Origin: Candidatus Merdicola sp.
Lineage (GTDB): Bacteria > Bacillota > Clostridia > TANB77 > CAG-508
Direction: 5' to 3'
Assembly: GCA_048393175.1 (NCBI GenBank)
Contig: DBFJJM010000006.1
Coordinates: 1-51,158, forward strand
DNA: 51,158 bases
The notes beneath the pieces were generated by a model, which did not search any database, was not told the origin of the DNA, and was given only the letters and a program-made list of their open reading frames with translations. The translations under genes were made by a program, and so were the position numbers. Shown here in pieces: positions 1 to 8,897 of the stretch (its first letter is position 1; each line of letters starts with the position of its first letter).

Positions 1-46
1 TTATAAAAATCAGAAAAAAAATTTATCAAAAAGGAAGTGAAAAATT

Positions 47-367
47 ATGAGAAATAGAACAATAGGAATCAATGTTAGAGTGAGTGAAAATGAAAAGAAA
101 AAATTACAAAGGAATGCTAAAAAGAGTAACTTGAATTTATCATCTTATTTAAGAAAATCTGGATTACAAAAAGAAATTTATTCAATACCAGATGAAGAAC
201 TTCGTAAAGTTTACAATGGAATTGTTGAACTAAAAAATGAATTTCCTTATATGAGTGAGGACGAAATAAAAGATAAAATAACAAAAATGCAAAGTGATTT
301 TCTTGATATTTATAGTTATAAAAAAGATGGTGATGACAATGGCAACAACAAAAATATGGGCAATTAA
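47..367 (+). CDS. MobC-family relaxosome accessory protein
   Basis: The N-terminal segment RNRTIGINVRVSENEKKKLQRNAKKSNLNLSSYLRKSGL resembles the RHH-like MobC motif. The gene lies directly upstream of the relaxase gene and overlaps it. Confidence 0.75.
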   Translation: MRNRTIGINVRVSENEKKKLQRNAKKSNLNLSSYLRKSGLQKEIYSIPDEELRKVYNGIVELKNEFPYMSEDEIKDKITKMQSDFLDIYSYKKDGDDNGNNKNMGN

Positions 368-1712
368 AGATAGTATATCTCGAGTAATCAGCTATGCAAA
401 GAATCCAGAAAAGACAACATTTTCAGATTTAAAACAAGTATTAAAATATGCAGAAAATGATGAGAAAACTATTGATAAAAATGAAAAAACTATGTATGTA
501 ACAGGTATAAATTGTAAAGCAAAAACAGCCTATGAAGAAATGTGGGCAGTACAAAATAGATTTGACAAATGCACAGGAAATGTTGCATATCACGCATACC
601 AAAGTTTTAAAACAGGAGAAGTATCGCCAGAATTAGCACACCAAATTGGAGTAGAACTTGCTAAAAAAATGTGGAGTGAACATCAAGTAGTAGTTGCAAC
701 ACATTTTAATACTGGCACATATCATAATCATTTTGTAGTAAATTCAGTTAATATGTTTACAGGGAAAAAATTTAACTGTAACAAAGGAGCATATTATCAT
801 TTCAGAGAGTTATCAGATAAATTATGCAAAGAATATGGAATAACAGTTATTGAAAAGCCAGCAGGAAAAACACCAAGAAGTATATATTTTGCAGAAAAGA
901 GAGGAGAGCCAACAAAGTATAATGTAATAAGACAAGCAATTGATGAAACAATGGAAATGTGCATAAATTATGGAGAATTTAAAAAGATAATGCTTAAAAA
1001 GGGTTATATTATAAATGATGATTATAACAGAAAATATCCAACAATTCGTTCCATAAATGATAAAAAAGCAATAAGAATGTATTGTTTAGGAGAACAATAC
1101 TTGCCAAAGAATATTGCAAATAAAGTTGAACACAATCCTTATTGTTATCAAAATAGATATATGGAATTTATACACCTTAAGAAGAAAAAGCAAAAATATA
1201 AAGTTTATAAATATAAAGGTAAATTCAAAGATATAAGTAAAATGAGTGGAATTGATGTACTATTTTTACTATTATTTCATCTATTAGGACTATTACCAAA
1301 ACGAGAGAATTATCAGCCATTATCTCCAGAAATGAAACAAGAAATAAGAAAAATGGAACGATATTCTAATGAAATTAGACTTATTGTAAGTGAAAAACTA
1401 AGAACAACAGTAAATGTAAACAACTATATTTCACAAACAAAAAAAGATATTGAAAATGTTACTAATTTAAGACAAAAATATAGAAATAAGCTAAGAAATT
1501 GCAAAGATGATAAATTAATAGAGGAATATAAAGAAAAGCGAAATGAATGCACTATAATTCTAAATAAGTATAGAAAAAATTTAAAAACAGCAAATTATAT
1601 TTTAGAAGATACAACAAAAGTTAAAGAAGTTATAAAAATTGAAATGCAAATGAAAAATGACCAAGAAGATATTCCTAAAACAAAGAAAAAAGACAGAGCT
1701 TTAAACAGATAA
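339..1712 (+). CDS. Relaxase / mobilization nuclease (MobA/VirD2-type)
   Basis: The histidine-triad region ATHFNTGTYHNHFVVNSVN is present, and the C-terminal half is Lys-rich and coiled. The likely true start is ATG 339 (MATTKIWAIKD); the ORF track starts at 294. Confidence 0.85.
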   Translation: MATTKIWAIKDSISRVISYAKNPEKTTFSDLKQVLKYAENDEKTIDKNEKTMYVTGINCKAKTAYEEMWAVQNRFDKCTGNVAYHAYQSFKTGEVSPELAHQIGVELAKKMWSEHQVVVATHFNTGTYHNHFVVNSVNMFTGKKFNCNKGAYYHFRELSDKLCKEYGITVIEKPAGKTPRSIYFAEKRGEPTKYNVIRQAIDETMEMCINYGEFKKIMLKKGYIINDDYNRKYPTIRSINDKKAIRMYCLGEQYLPKNIANKVEHNPYCYQNRYMEFIHLKKKKQKYKVYKYKGKFKDISKMSGIDVLFLLLFHLLGLLPKRENYQPLSPEMKQEIRKMERYSNEIRLIVSEKLRTTVNVNNYISQTKKDIENVTNLRQKYRNKLRNCKDDKLIEEYKEKRNECTIILNKYRKNLKTANYILEDTTKVKEVIKIEMQMKNDQEDIPKTKKKDRALNR

Positions 1713-1833
1713 TAATGCAAAGAGATTGTTATATAAAAAAGTGGCAATCTCTTCTACATTAATTTCTGGAAATAATTGTTTTTATACTTGTTTTATGATA
1801 TAAACAAGTAAAATACAGATTAGTAAGGAGAAA

Positions 1834-2769
1834 ATGATGTTAAAAGCATATAGTGTGTTTAAAGATTTGGATAAAAAAGCGTGTGAAATATTAACAAATA
1901 CAGGAATAGAATTAGAGCTATCAACTTATGAAAAAAGACCTAATAAAGAACAATTATTAAAATTATTACAGAACTATGATATTTTAATAATCGGTGTTAA
2001 AGAAAGATTAGTAGAAGATATGCTAAAAGCAATAAACAATAAGAAGATAATAGCAACTTTATCAATAGGAGTAGATCATATAGATAATAGTTTCTTTGAA
2101 TCAAATTTAATTAAAGTCATTAACTGCGAGACATCAAATGTAATATCAGTAGCAGAGCATATTTTTTCTTTAATATTAAGTTTAAAGAAAAGAATAATAG
2201 AGGCTAATGACATTGCTATGAATGGTGGAACAAAAAAAGACTTATCTATAAGAAGTAATGACATAAGTAATAGTACAATAGGAATAATAGGAGCAGGAAA
2301 AATATCACGAGAAGTAATAAAAATAGCAAATGTATTTAATATGAAAATTTACTGTAATACTTTAAATCCAGAAAAACACAAGGATTTGTTAGAACAAGGT
2401 GTAGAATTTTTAAGTTTAGATAAGTTACTATCTAATTCACATATTATAACAGTAAATATTCCACTAAATAAGGAAAACAAAAACTTAATATCAAAAGATA
2501 AAATTAGGTTAATGAAGAAAACAGCAACTTTTATAAACACATCAAGAGCGGAAATAGTAGATATGAATGAGTTAATAAGATATGCAAATGAAAATGCAAC
2601 TTTTAATGTGGGATTAGATATTGATGCGGAAAATTATAAAGAATTATTCAATATAAAAAGAAATAATGTAATAGTAACACCACATATAGCAGGTGTAACA
2701 AAAGAAGCAATAAAAAGAATGGATTTTGAATTAGCCAATAGTATAAGAGAATATTTAGGAGAGTGCTAA
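1834..2769 (+). CDS. D-isomer-specific 2-hydroxyacid dehydrogenase family protein
   Basis: It has the Rossmann motif GIIGAGKIS and the catalytic-region motifs NTSRAEIVD and TPHIAG. An AAGGAG RBS lies upstream. Confidence 0.8.
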   Translation: MMLKAYSVFKDLDKKACEILTNTGIELELSTYEKRPNKEQLLKLLQNYDILIIGVKERLVEDMLKAINNKKIIATLSIGVDHIDNSFFESNLIKVINCETSNVISVAEHIFSLILSLKKRIIEANDIAMNGGTKKDLSIRSNDISNSTIGIIGAGKISREVIKIANVFNMKIYCNTLNPEKHKDLLEQGVEFLSLDKLLSNSHIITVNIPLNKENKNLISKDKIRLMKKTATFINTSRAEIVDMNELIRYANENATFNVGLDIDAENYKELFNIKRNNVIVTPHIAGVTKEAIKRMDFELANSIREYLGEC

Positions 2770-2770
2770 T

Positions 2771-3211
2771 ATGAGTGATATTAAAGTATTGTATGCTAAT
2801 AAGGTACATAAAGAGTTTATAATACATGCTAATAGAATTATTAATAATACTAATGAAACAGAACAAACAAAAGGACTAGAATTGAATATAGATAAAGATT
2901 ATTTTTGTGATAGACCTAAATTTAAATGTTTAATTGCAGAAATAGATAATAAACCAGTAGGTATGATTTTATATTCATATTTCTATTGGGCAAATGATGG
3001 AGAAGTATTATGGATTTCACAAATGTTTGTTGAACAAGAATACAGAAAATGTGGTGTATTCTTTAAACTAATAGAAAAACTAAGAGAAGAAAATAAAGAT
3101 ATAGAAATAGTATCGTGTGCTACTGGAGAAGAGAACAAGCGAATGCAAAAAATATTAAAGTATTATGGTGGACATGAGATAAATTTAAAATTTTATTATA
3201 AGAAGGTGTAG
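2771..3211 (+). CDS. GNAT-family N-acetyltransferase
   Basis: The protein is 146 aa, and the QMFVEQEYRKCGVFFKLIEKL region resembles the GNAT acetyl-CoA binding motif. It starts 1 nt after the upstream stop. Confidence 0.65.
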   Translation: MSDIKVLYANKVHKEFIIHANRIINNTNETEQTKGLELNIDKDYFCDRPKFKCLIAEIDNKPVGMILYSYFYWANDGEVLWISQMFVEQEYRKCGVFFKLIEKLREENKDIEIVSCATGEENKRMQKILKYYGGHEINLKFYYKKV

Positions 3212-3213
3212 GT

Positions 3214-3966
3214 ATGAATTTCAAAGATAAGGTGTTTTTAATAACAGGTTCTACTTCTGGAATAGGTCAAGGAATTGCAAAAGCACTATTAGAAGAAGGA
3301 GCAAAAGTTGTTATTAATTATGCACATAATGAAGAAAATGCAAAAGAAACAAAAGAGTTGTTAAAAGAGTATCAAGATAGAACTTTATTTATAAAAGCTG
3401 ATATATCAAATGAAAAAAATGTTATAGATATGTATAAAAAAATAGAAGAAAAATTTAATAAATTAGACGGATTAGTAAATAATGCTGTTTATGATAAAAT
3501 CTTTGCAATAGAAGAATTGCCAGTAGAAGAATATAGAAAAGAATTAGATGTAAATGTTATTGCAAGATGGATGTGTATAAAGTATGCTATTCCATTATTA
3601 AAAAAGTCTAATATGCCTAGAATTATAAATATAGCATCAAGATTAGGAACAAAACCAATGGAAGATTCTGTTGCTTACTGCACAAGTGAAGCAGCAACAA
3701 TAATGCTTACACAATGTTGTGCATTAGAATTAACAAAAAAATATAATATAAAAACAAATACAGTAAGTCCATCAATGACATTGACACCACTTGCTAAAAA
3801 GAGTTATACAGAAGATGAAATAAAACAAACAGCTATGAAAAATCCAAGTGGTAGATTAGGAGAAGTCGAGGATACAGTAAATGCAGTATTATTTTTATTA
3901 AGTGAGAAAGCAGATTATATAAATGGAGAAAATCTCAATGTTAATGGCGGTATATTGTTAGTATAA
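3214..3966 (+). CDS. Short-chain dehydrogenase/reductase (SDR) with an atypical active site
   Basis: It has the TGSTSGIGQGIA cofactor motif and NNAV. The expected YxxxK reads YCTSE (tac tgc aca agt gaa), so Lys is replaced by Glu. Confidence 0.85.
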   Translation: MNFKDKVFLITGSTSGIGQGIAKALLEEGAKVVINYAHNEENAKETKELLKEYQDRTLFIKADISNEKNVIDMYKKIEEKFNKLDGLVNNAVYDKIFAIEELPVEEYRKELDVNVIARWMCIKYAIPLLKKSNMPRIINIASRLGTKPMEDSVAYCTSEAATIMLTQCCALELTKKYNIKTNTVSPSMTLTPLAKKSYTEDEIKQTAMKNPSGRLGEVEDTVNAVLFLLSEKADYINGENLNVNGGILLV

Positions 3967-3990
3967 AAAAACAGATTGGAGGAAAAGTAA

Positions 3991-4542
3991 ATGGAAAATT
4001 ATTTTATAATACATGGAAGTTTTGGAAGTCCATTTGGGAATTGGTTTAGTTGGTTACAAGATTTTATAACATCAGATGAAAAACAAGTATATGTGCCACA
4101 ATTTCCTATTGGAGTAGGTTATCAAAATTATGAAAATTGGAGTAAATTACTTAAATACTATTTGAATTTAGGTTTAATTAATGAGAATACAACAATAATA
4201 GCACATAGTATTGCACCAGTGTTTGTTAGCAAATTCTTAGTAGAGAATAAAGTTAAAGTAAGAAAATTAGTATTTGTGTGTGGATTTAATAACTATTTAG
4301 GAATAAATGAGGAATATGATACAGTAAATAAAACAATGTATTTTGATAACTTAGAAGATGTGAAACAATATGCCAATAAAATAATATGTTTTTATTCAGA
4401 TAATGATCCATATGTAAAATATGAAGTAGAAAAGGAATTTGCAGATACTATTGCAACAGAGCAAGTTTTAATACCGAATGCAGGACATATCAATAGTGAA
4501 AGTGGATATGATACATTTGAAGATATAGTAAATTATATTTAA
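3991..4542 (+). CDS. Small alpha/beta hydrolase (YdeN/RBBP9-like serine hydrolase)
   Basis: It is about 180 aa, with an IIHGSFGSP N-terminus, a nucleophile-elbow-like AHSIAP, DNDPYV and NAGHIN (a Ser-Asp-His arrangement). Confidence 0.6.
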   Translation: MENYFIIHGSFGSPFGNWFSWLQDFITSDEKQVYVPQFPIGVGYQNYENWSKLLKYYLNLGLINENTTIIAHSIAPVFVSKFLVENKVKVRKLVFVCGFNNYLGINEEYDTVNKTMYFDNLEDVKQYANKIICFYSDNDPYVKYEVEKEFADTIATEQVLIPNAGHINSESGYDTFEDIVNYI

Positions 4543-4553
4543 AGAGGTAAAAA

Positions 4554-4904
4554 ATGAAAATAGTAAAATCTAGTGATGTACAAATAATTAAAAATAGTGA
4601 TACAAGTAAATTATTAGAATATTCAATAGGTTTAAATGATAAAGATATTGATTTTTGTATAAATACAATTAGCGGTAGATATCCAGAAAAAGGATACTGT
4701 ACTAATGAAAATTGTAAAGAAATTTGTTATATACTAGATGGAAATGGAACTTTTAATAAAAAAGATGAAAGTATCAATTTTGAAAAAGGAGATGTAATTC
4801 TAATAGAAAAAGAAGAAATCTACTATTGGAATGGAAATTGTAAAATAATTATGATATGTACTCCAGCATGGTATAAGGAGCAATGTAAGTTATTAGATTT
4901 ATAG
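4554..4904 (+). CDS. Cupin-domain protein
   Basis: It is 116 aa with a beta-barrel-like pattern (ICYILDGNGTF...GDVILIEKEEIYYW). I made no more specific assignment. Confidence 0.5.
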   Translation: MKIVKSSDVQIIKNSDTSKLLEYSIGLNDKDIDFCINTISGRYPEKGYCTNENCKEICYILDGNGTFNKKDESINFEKGDVILIEKEEIYYWNGNCKIIMICTPAWYKEQCKLLDL

Positions 4905-4929
4905 AAAAAATTTAAAGGAGATAAATAAT

Positions 4930-5982
4930 ATGTCAAATGAACTTGAACTATTAGATGATGACTTTGTAAAAATTGTAAAAGATATTGAAAAAGATATTTT
5001 AGATACAAGATATAATATCATTTCAAAGGCAAATAAAGAAGTGGTCAATTTTTATTTAAGGCTTGGAAAAATAATTAGTGATAATGCTAAATATGGGAAT
5101 AATTTTATTAATAGATTATCAGTAGCATTAAAATTAGATTTTCCAGATGAACAGGGTTTTTCAGCTCGTAATCTAGCAAGAATGAGAAAAGTGTATGAAG
5201 CATATAAAGATTTAGCTAGTATTCCAGAAGAATTAGAAATAATATCATGGTCACAAAATTGTGTTTTAGTAGATAAAATTGAAGATATTGATAAAAGAGT
5301 TTGGTATGCTAAGCAAATTATTGAAAATGGTTGGTCTAAAACTGTATTAAGCCATCAAATTGATTTAGAATTATATGAAAGACAAGCATTACCAGAGAAA
5401 ATGACAAATTTTAATGATAAGCTACCTATTGCACAAAGCGAATTTGCAAGAGATATGATAAAAGATCCATATATTTTCGAGTTAGCTAATATAGGAAAAA
5501 GAGCAAAAGAAAGAGACATTGAAAATGCAATGTTAGAAAGAATAAAGAATGTATTACTTGAATTAGGAAAAGGATTTAGTTTTGTTGGAAATCAATATAA
5601 AATATCAACAAATGACAATGATTATTATATAGATTTATTGTTTTATCACTTGGATTTAAGATGTTTTGTGGTTGTAGAATTAAAAAATACAGAGTTTAAA
5701 CCTGAATATGTTGGACAATTAGGATTCTATGTAACAGCAGTTGATGAAACTTTAAAAAAGGAAACAGACAATGAAACGATAGGATTATTACTTTGTGAAG
5801 ATAAAGATAAATTAACAGTTGAATGGTCTTTAAAAAGTGTAAATGCACCAATAGGAGTAGCTTCATATAAAGTAAAAAATGTTATTCCAAAAGAAATAAT
5901 GGAGAAATTGCCAACCGAAGAAGAATTAAATTTATATATAAAAAAATTACCAAATGAGGAAATTCAAGAAGAAAATGATTAG
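4930..5982 (+). CDS. DUF1016 / YhcG-like PD-(D/E)XK nuclease family protein
   Basis: The C-terminal core YYIDLLFYHLDLRCFVVVELKNTEFKPEYVGQLGFY is typical of the DUF1016 nuclease fold. Confidence 0.8.
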   Translation: MSNELELLDDDFVKIVKDIEKDILDTRYNIISKANKEVVNFYLRLGKIISDNAKYGNNFINRLSVALKLDFPDEQGFSARNLARMRKVYEAYKDLASIPEELEIISWSQNCVLVDKIEDIDKRVWYAKQIIENGWSKTVLSHQIDLELYERQALPEKMTNFNDKLPIAQSEFARDMIKDPYIFELANIGKRAKERDIENAMLERIKNVLLELGKGFSFVGNQYKISTNDNDYYIDLLFYHLDLRCFVVVELKNTEFKPEYVGQLGFYVTAVDETLKKETDNETIGLLLCEDKDKLTVEWSLKSVNAPIGVASYKVKNVIPKEIMEKLPTEEELNLYIKKLPNEEIQEEND

Positions 5983-5986
5983 TATT

Positions 5987-6016
5987 TTGAAATTTGCCAC
6001 TGGTGGCAAATTTCAA
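5987..6016 (+). terminator. Perfect 14-bp stem-loop after the cargo operon
   Basis: TTGAAATTTGCCAC-TG-GTGGCAAATTTCAA lies 5 nt after the DUF1016 stop. There is no clear U-tract. Confidence 0.55.
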
Positions 6017-6485
6017 ATATAAACATTATTATATATGGTTGTAGTATGAAGGAGTAATTATGACCGAGATAGAAATGGATGAAATAGATAATAAATACAC
6101 CAACATAATAAATTTTTAATGTATGTATTATTAATAATACTAGAAAAAGCAAAGGAATTTGTTAGCAATGGAAATACAATTAAAGCAGAAGAAATATTAG
6201 AACAATTATGGACAAATTCTAGCAAGAATGATGTATATTTATTATATGAATATGGAAATGTACTTCGATCTAATATAGATATGTACTGTTAAAAATAGAT
6301 TCAAATAATAAATTTAAAAGCTTTATAATAAATCCAAGAGAAGTTTCGGAAAAAATAAAAAAGAAAGTTGAAAATTATTTGAAAGAACATAGTGAATTAT
6401 TATATTCAAGTTCTCTTAGCCAAAATGAAATTGAATTTATTTTTAATAGATAAAAGTATTGAAATATAAATTTTTCTAAAAAGTA

Positions 6486-6514
6486 TTGCCAAATATAAAA
6501 AGTTATGTTAAATT
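6486..6514 (+). promoter_or_regulatory. Candidate sigma-A promoter
   Basis: TTGCCA, a 17-nt spacer, then TAAATT. Confidence 0.35.
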
Positions 6515-6529
6515 AAAAACATAGTGATA

Positions 6530-6743
6530 GACAAAAAACACCAATATGGGTATACATATCTTTGAAACTATTGCTATAACTAATTTTGAAACGGATAATA
6601 GAGTGCTTTTATGCAATGTATTTTTCGCATACGTCCTTCGCTAAGGCACCAAAAGTACTTTCATTGTTAACTTATTATTTTAAAAGTGTACAGGCTGTAA
6701 GGTTGTCCAATCATCTTATATCCTGTACCTTTTTATTTTTTTT
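6530..6743 (+). ncRNA. Candidate orphan small RNA (unknown family)
   Basis: A promoter-like element lies upstream. Nested helices are visible by eye: AGTGCTTTT/AAAAGTACT enclosing ATGC...GCAT and CCTT-cgct-AAGG. It ends in GTACAGG...CCTGTAC followed by a long T-run. No downstream plus-strand gene is present. Confidence 0.3.
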
Positions 6744-6749
6744 CATTTC

Positions 6750-6793
6750 TGCACAGGGGAGTTTTTTCTGAATTTCAGCTAATCCCATGTGCA
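6750..6793. other. Long imperfect hairpin (10 of 11 bp)
   Basis: TGCACAGGGGA ... TCCCATGTGCA with an inner CTGA-att-TCAG helix. Its function is unknown. Confidence 0.4.
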
Positions 6794-6865
6794 ACTTTCA
6801 CAGTATCTTATGTCGAATAATAAAATAAAAAAGCTGAAGAATAAATAATATAGAATGAATAGTTA

Positions 6866-6901
6866 AAGAGTATATAACCTTATCTAGGGATATATACTCT
6901 T
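6866..6901 (-). terminator. Stem-loop downstream of the Cys-rich repeat gene
   Basis: AAGAGTATATA ... TATATACTCTT forms an 11-bp stem. Confidence 0.5.
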
Positions 6902-6936
6902 TTAAAAATCTTTCTATAAAATCGGGATATTATTTT

Positions 6937-7386
6937 CTAACATTTAGAGCATTTGTCATGTTTTAGAGCTTCTATAATATCTTCTAATCCTTCATTAATG
7001 TCACACAGAGCTTCTCTAATATCTCTAATACCTTCACAGATATTATTTCTGCAAATATCTCTTAAGCCTTCCTTGATATCACAGATACCTTCTCTAATAT
7101 CACGAAGGCCTTCTTCGATTTGTCTTATTTGTCTACAAGTTAAGTTACAATCGATATTATTTAGTCCATTTACAATATCACAAAAACCTTCTTCAATATC
7201 ACATAATCCTTCCTTAATGTCTCTAATGCCTTCGCAAAAATTTTCTTTTGCAATATCATTTAAACCTTCATTAATATCAGCAATGCCTTCTCTGATATCT
7301 CTAATACCTTCTTCAATAAGGCAAACGCCACAATGACAAGGTCTTATACAATTACAGTTTCTTCTTTTGCACATTTTATAAATCAC
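6937..7386 (-). CDS. Cysteine-rich protein built from about 14 heptad repeats (EGxxDIx)
   Basis: Translation shows EGIRDIR/EGIADIN/EGLCDIE/EGICDIK... units flanked by Cys clusters (CKRRNCNCIRPCHCGVC at the N-terminus, CSKC at the C-terminus). The DNA periodicity is visible. Confidence 0.7.
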   Translation of the reverse strand: MIYKMCKRRNCNCIRPCHCGVCLIEEGIRDIREGIADINEGLNDIAKENFCEGIRDIKEGLCDIEEGFCDIVNGLNNIDCNLTCRQIRQIEEGLRDIREGICDIKEGLRDICRNNICEGIRDIREALCDINEGLEDIIEALKHDKCSKC

Positions 7387-7466
7387 TCTTTCCTATCATA
7401 TACCTATAAGATATAGGTTAATATAATATATGAAATAAATAACTAAAGTGTTAAAAAATATGGTAA

Positions 7467-7892
7467 CTAAAAAGGTCTAATAGGAAATCTAGGACGTCTA
7501 CCGAATAATTCTCTCAATAATAAAATTCGTATTAAATCTCTTAAAAATCTATTACGACGGCGAGGCCTTCTTTGCCTATCTTCTCTATTTTCCATATCAT
7601 CTCTAACCTCAACAGAAATATCAATATTTATCCTTCCATCAGCCTCGACTCTATCATAAATGTCATCTGTCATCATATCTAACATTGGTTCTGTTACAGG
7701 TGTTCTAACATTATCACAAGCAACGCACACCATAGGATAAACAACTCTATAACTTTCTGGATACATTCTTTCTAAATCATCTGAATTTAAATTCATATTG
7801 GAATAGGGAGACATAGTAGGAAACATAGAGGTAGGCATATTTGGGTATCCCATTAAACTTCTTACATATTCATCATAATCTTGGTAATTCAT
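7467..7892 (-). CDS. Hypothetical protein with an Arg-rich C-terminal tail
   Basis: It is 141 aa with a GGAGGTGAAG RBS and the C-terminus RQRRPRRRNRFLRDLIRILLLRELFGRRPRFPIRPF. A spore-associated role is possible but would be inferred from context only. Confidence 0.55.
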   Translation of the reverse strand: MNYQDYDEYVRSLMGYPNMPTSMFPTMSPYSNMNLNSDDLERMYPESYRVVYPMVCVACDNVRTPVTEPMLDMMTDDIYDRVEADGRINIDISVEVRDDMENREDRQRRPRRRNRFLRDLIRILLLRELFGRRPRFPIRPF

Positions 7893-8006
7893 TACTTCAC
7901 CTCCTATGTAGTATCATATGTAAATTTAGTGTAATAAGTAACAGTAACAATAGATGAAGAATTTTCATAAACTACTGTAAATTTAATATAGGAAGGAAAA
8001 TGAATT

Positions 8007-8897
8007 ATGAAAAATTATGTGAAAACATCTCTTGAACTGCACTTATTTTTTGCAAGAATTATGAAAGAGCATGCTATATTTTTACAAGCAGGATTTATGC
8101 CAAAAAATGTAGAGTATATCCAAGAAGCAGTGTTATACAAAAGACAATTTGAAAAAATTTTAGCAGACACAGTAAGTTTAAGTAATGGGATGATAAGAAA
8201 TAATGTTTTAACATCTGGAGAAATAGTAACGAAGTTTACATATGGTGCTGAAAGGAAAACAGAAGAACTTACAGGAATTACAATAGATTCCAATATTACA
8301 CTTCAAGAGTTAAAATTAACAAGTGATAATTATTTCGAAATACCAGATATTACGCAATATGTATGTTATTTAAATGATACAGCTATTACATTGCTAGATG
8401 GGTTAATTCATTTAAAAGAAAGACTTTTAACAGATGTATTATGTTGTAATGTATTTACGGCAAATTATCCATTATTGATTGAACACATTCTGCGTGAAGC
8501 AAAATTATATAGACAATATGTAGGAATGTTGCAAAAAGGAGAAGATATAAATGCTCAGAACATGAAACAAGTAGAATTATTTTGGAATCAAATTATGATG
8601 GAACATGCCCTATTTATAAAAGGATTACTTGACCCAACAGAAAATGACTTAATTACTACTGCAGATAGCTTTGCAAAGGATTATCAGAAATTAATAGAAG
8701 AAGCAAAAAACATGACAGAGGAGACGATAAAAACGGTTACAGATAAAACCATTACAGAAACTCAAAAGTATATCGATTTTAAAACAGCAGGGACAAAAGG
8801 AATTAAAGAATGTGAAATAAGGTCTATCATATTACCTCTTTTGGCAGACCATGTATTAAGAGAGGCAAATCATTATTTTAGAATATTAAAAGATTAA
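8007..8897 (+). CDS. DUF2935 family protein (two repeats)
   Basis: The signatures LHLFFARIMKEHAIFLQAGF and LFWNQIMMEHALFIKGLL are duplicated. Confidence 0.75.
   Translation: MKNYVKTSLELHLFFARIMKEHAIFLQAGFMPKNVEYIQEAVLYKRQFEKILADTVSLSNGMIRNNVLTSGEIVTKFTYGAERKTEELTGITIDSNITLQELKLTSDNYFEIPDITQYVCYLNDTAITLLDGLIHLKERLLTDVLCCNVFTANYPLLIEHILREAKLYRQYVGMLQKGEDINAQNMKQVELFWNQIMMEHALFIKGLLDPTENDLITTADSFAKDYQKLIEEAKNMTEETIKTVTDKTITETQKYIDFKTAGTKGIKECEIRSIILPLLADHVLREANHYFRILKD

Larger units (their letters stand above)
1..6016 (+). mobile_element. Part of a mobilizable element (MobC + relaxase + cargo operon). The left boundary is outside the window and the right boundary is uncertain (about 6.0-6.9 kb)
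   Basis: A MobC/relaxase pair with no T4SS genes is followed by a compact accessory operon and then decayed ORF remnants. No integrase or att repeats are visible in the window. Confidence 0.5.

Noticed and set aside
1720-1812. Hairpins between the relaxase and the cargo operon as oriT
   Set aside because: Inverted repeats (AAGAGATTG/CAATCTCTT and ACTTGTTT/AAACAAGT) are present. oriT is normally upstream of mobC, and I could not recognise a nick-site consensus, so they are more likely a terminator and an operator.
1834-4904. Calling the cargo operon an antibiotic-resistance cluster
   Set aside because: Only generic family assignments (GNAT, SDR, hydrolase, cupin) are possible from the sequence. 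There is no specific resistance-determinant signature.
6953-7336. 127-aa plus-strand ORF antisense to the heptad-repeat gene
   Set aside because: It mirrors the repetitive minus-strand gene and gives a low-complexity S/L/I/P-rich product. It has no RBS, whereas the minus-strand frame has coherent EGxxDIx repeats and Cys clusters.
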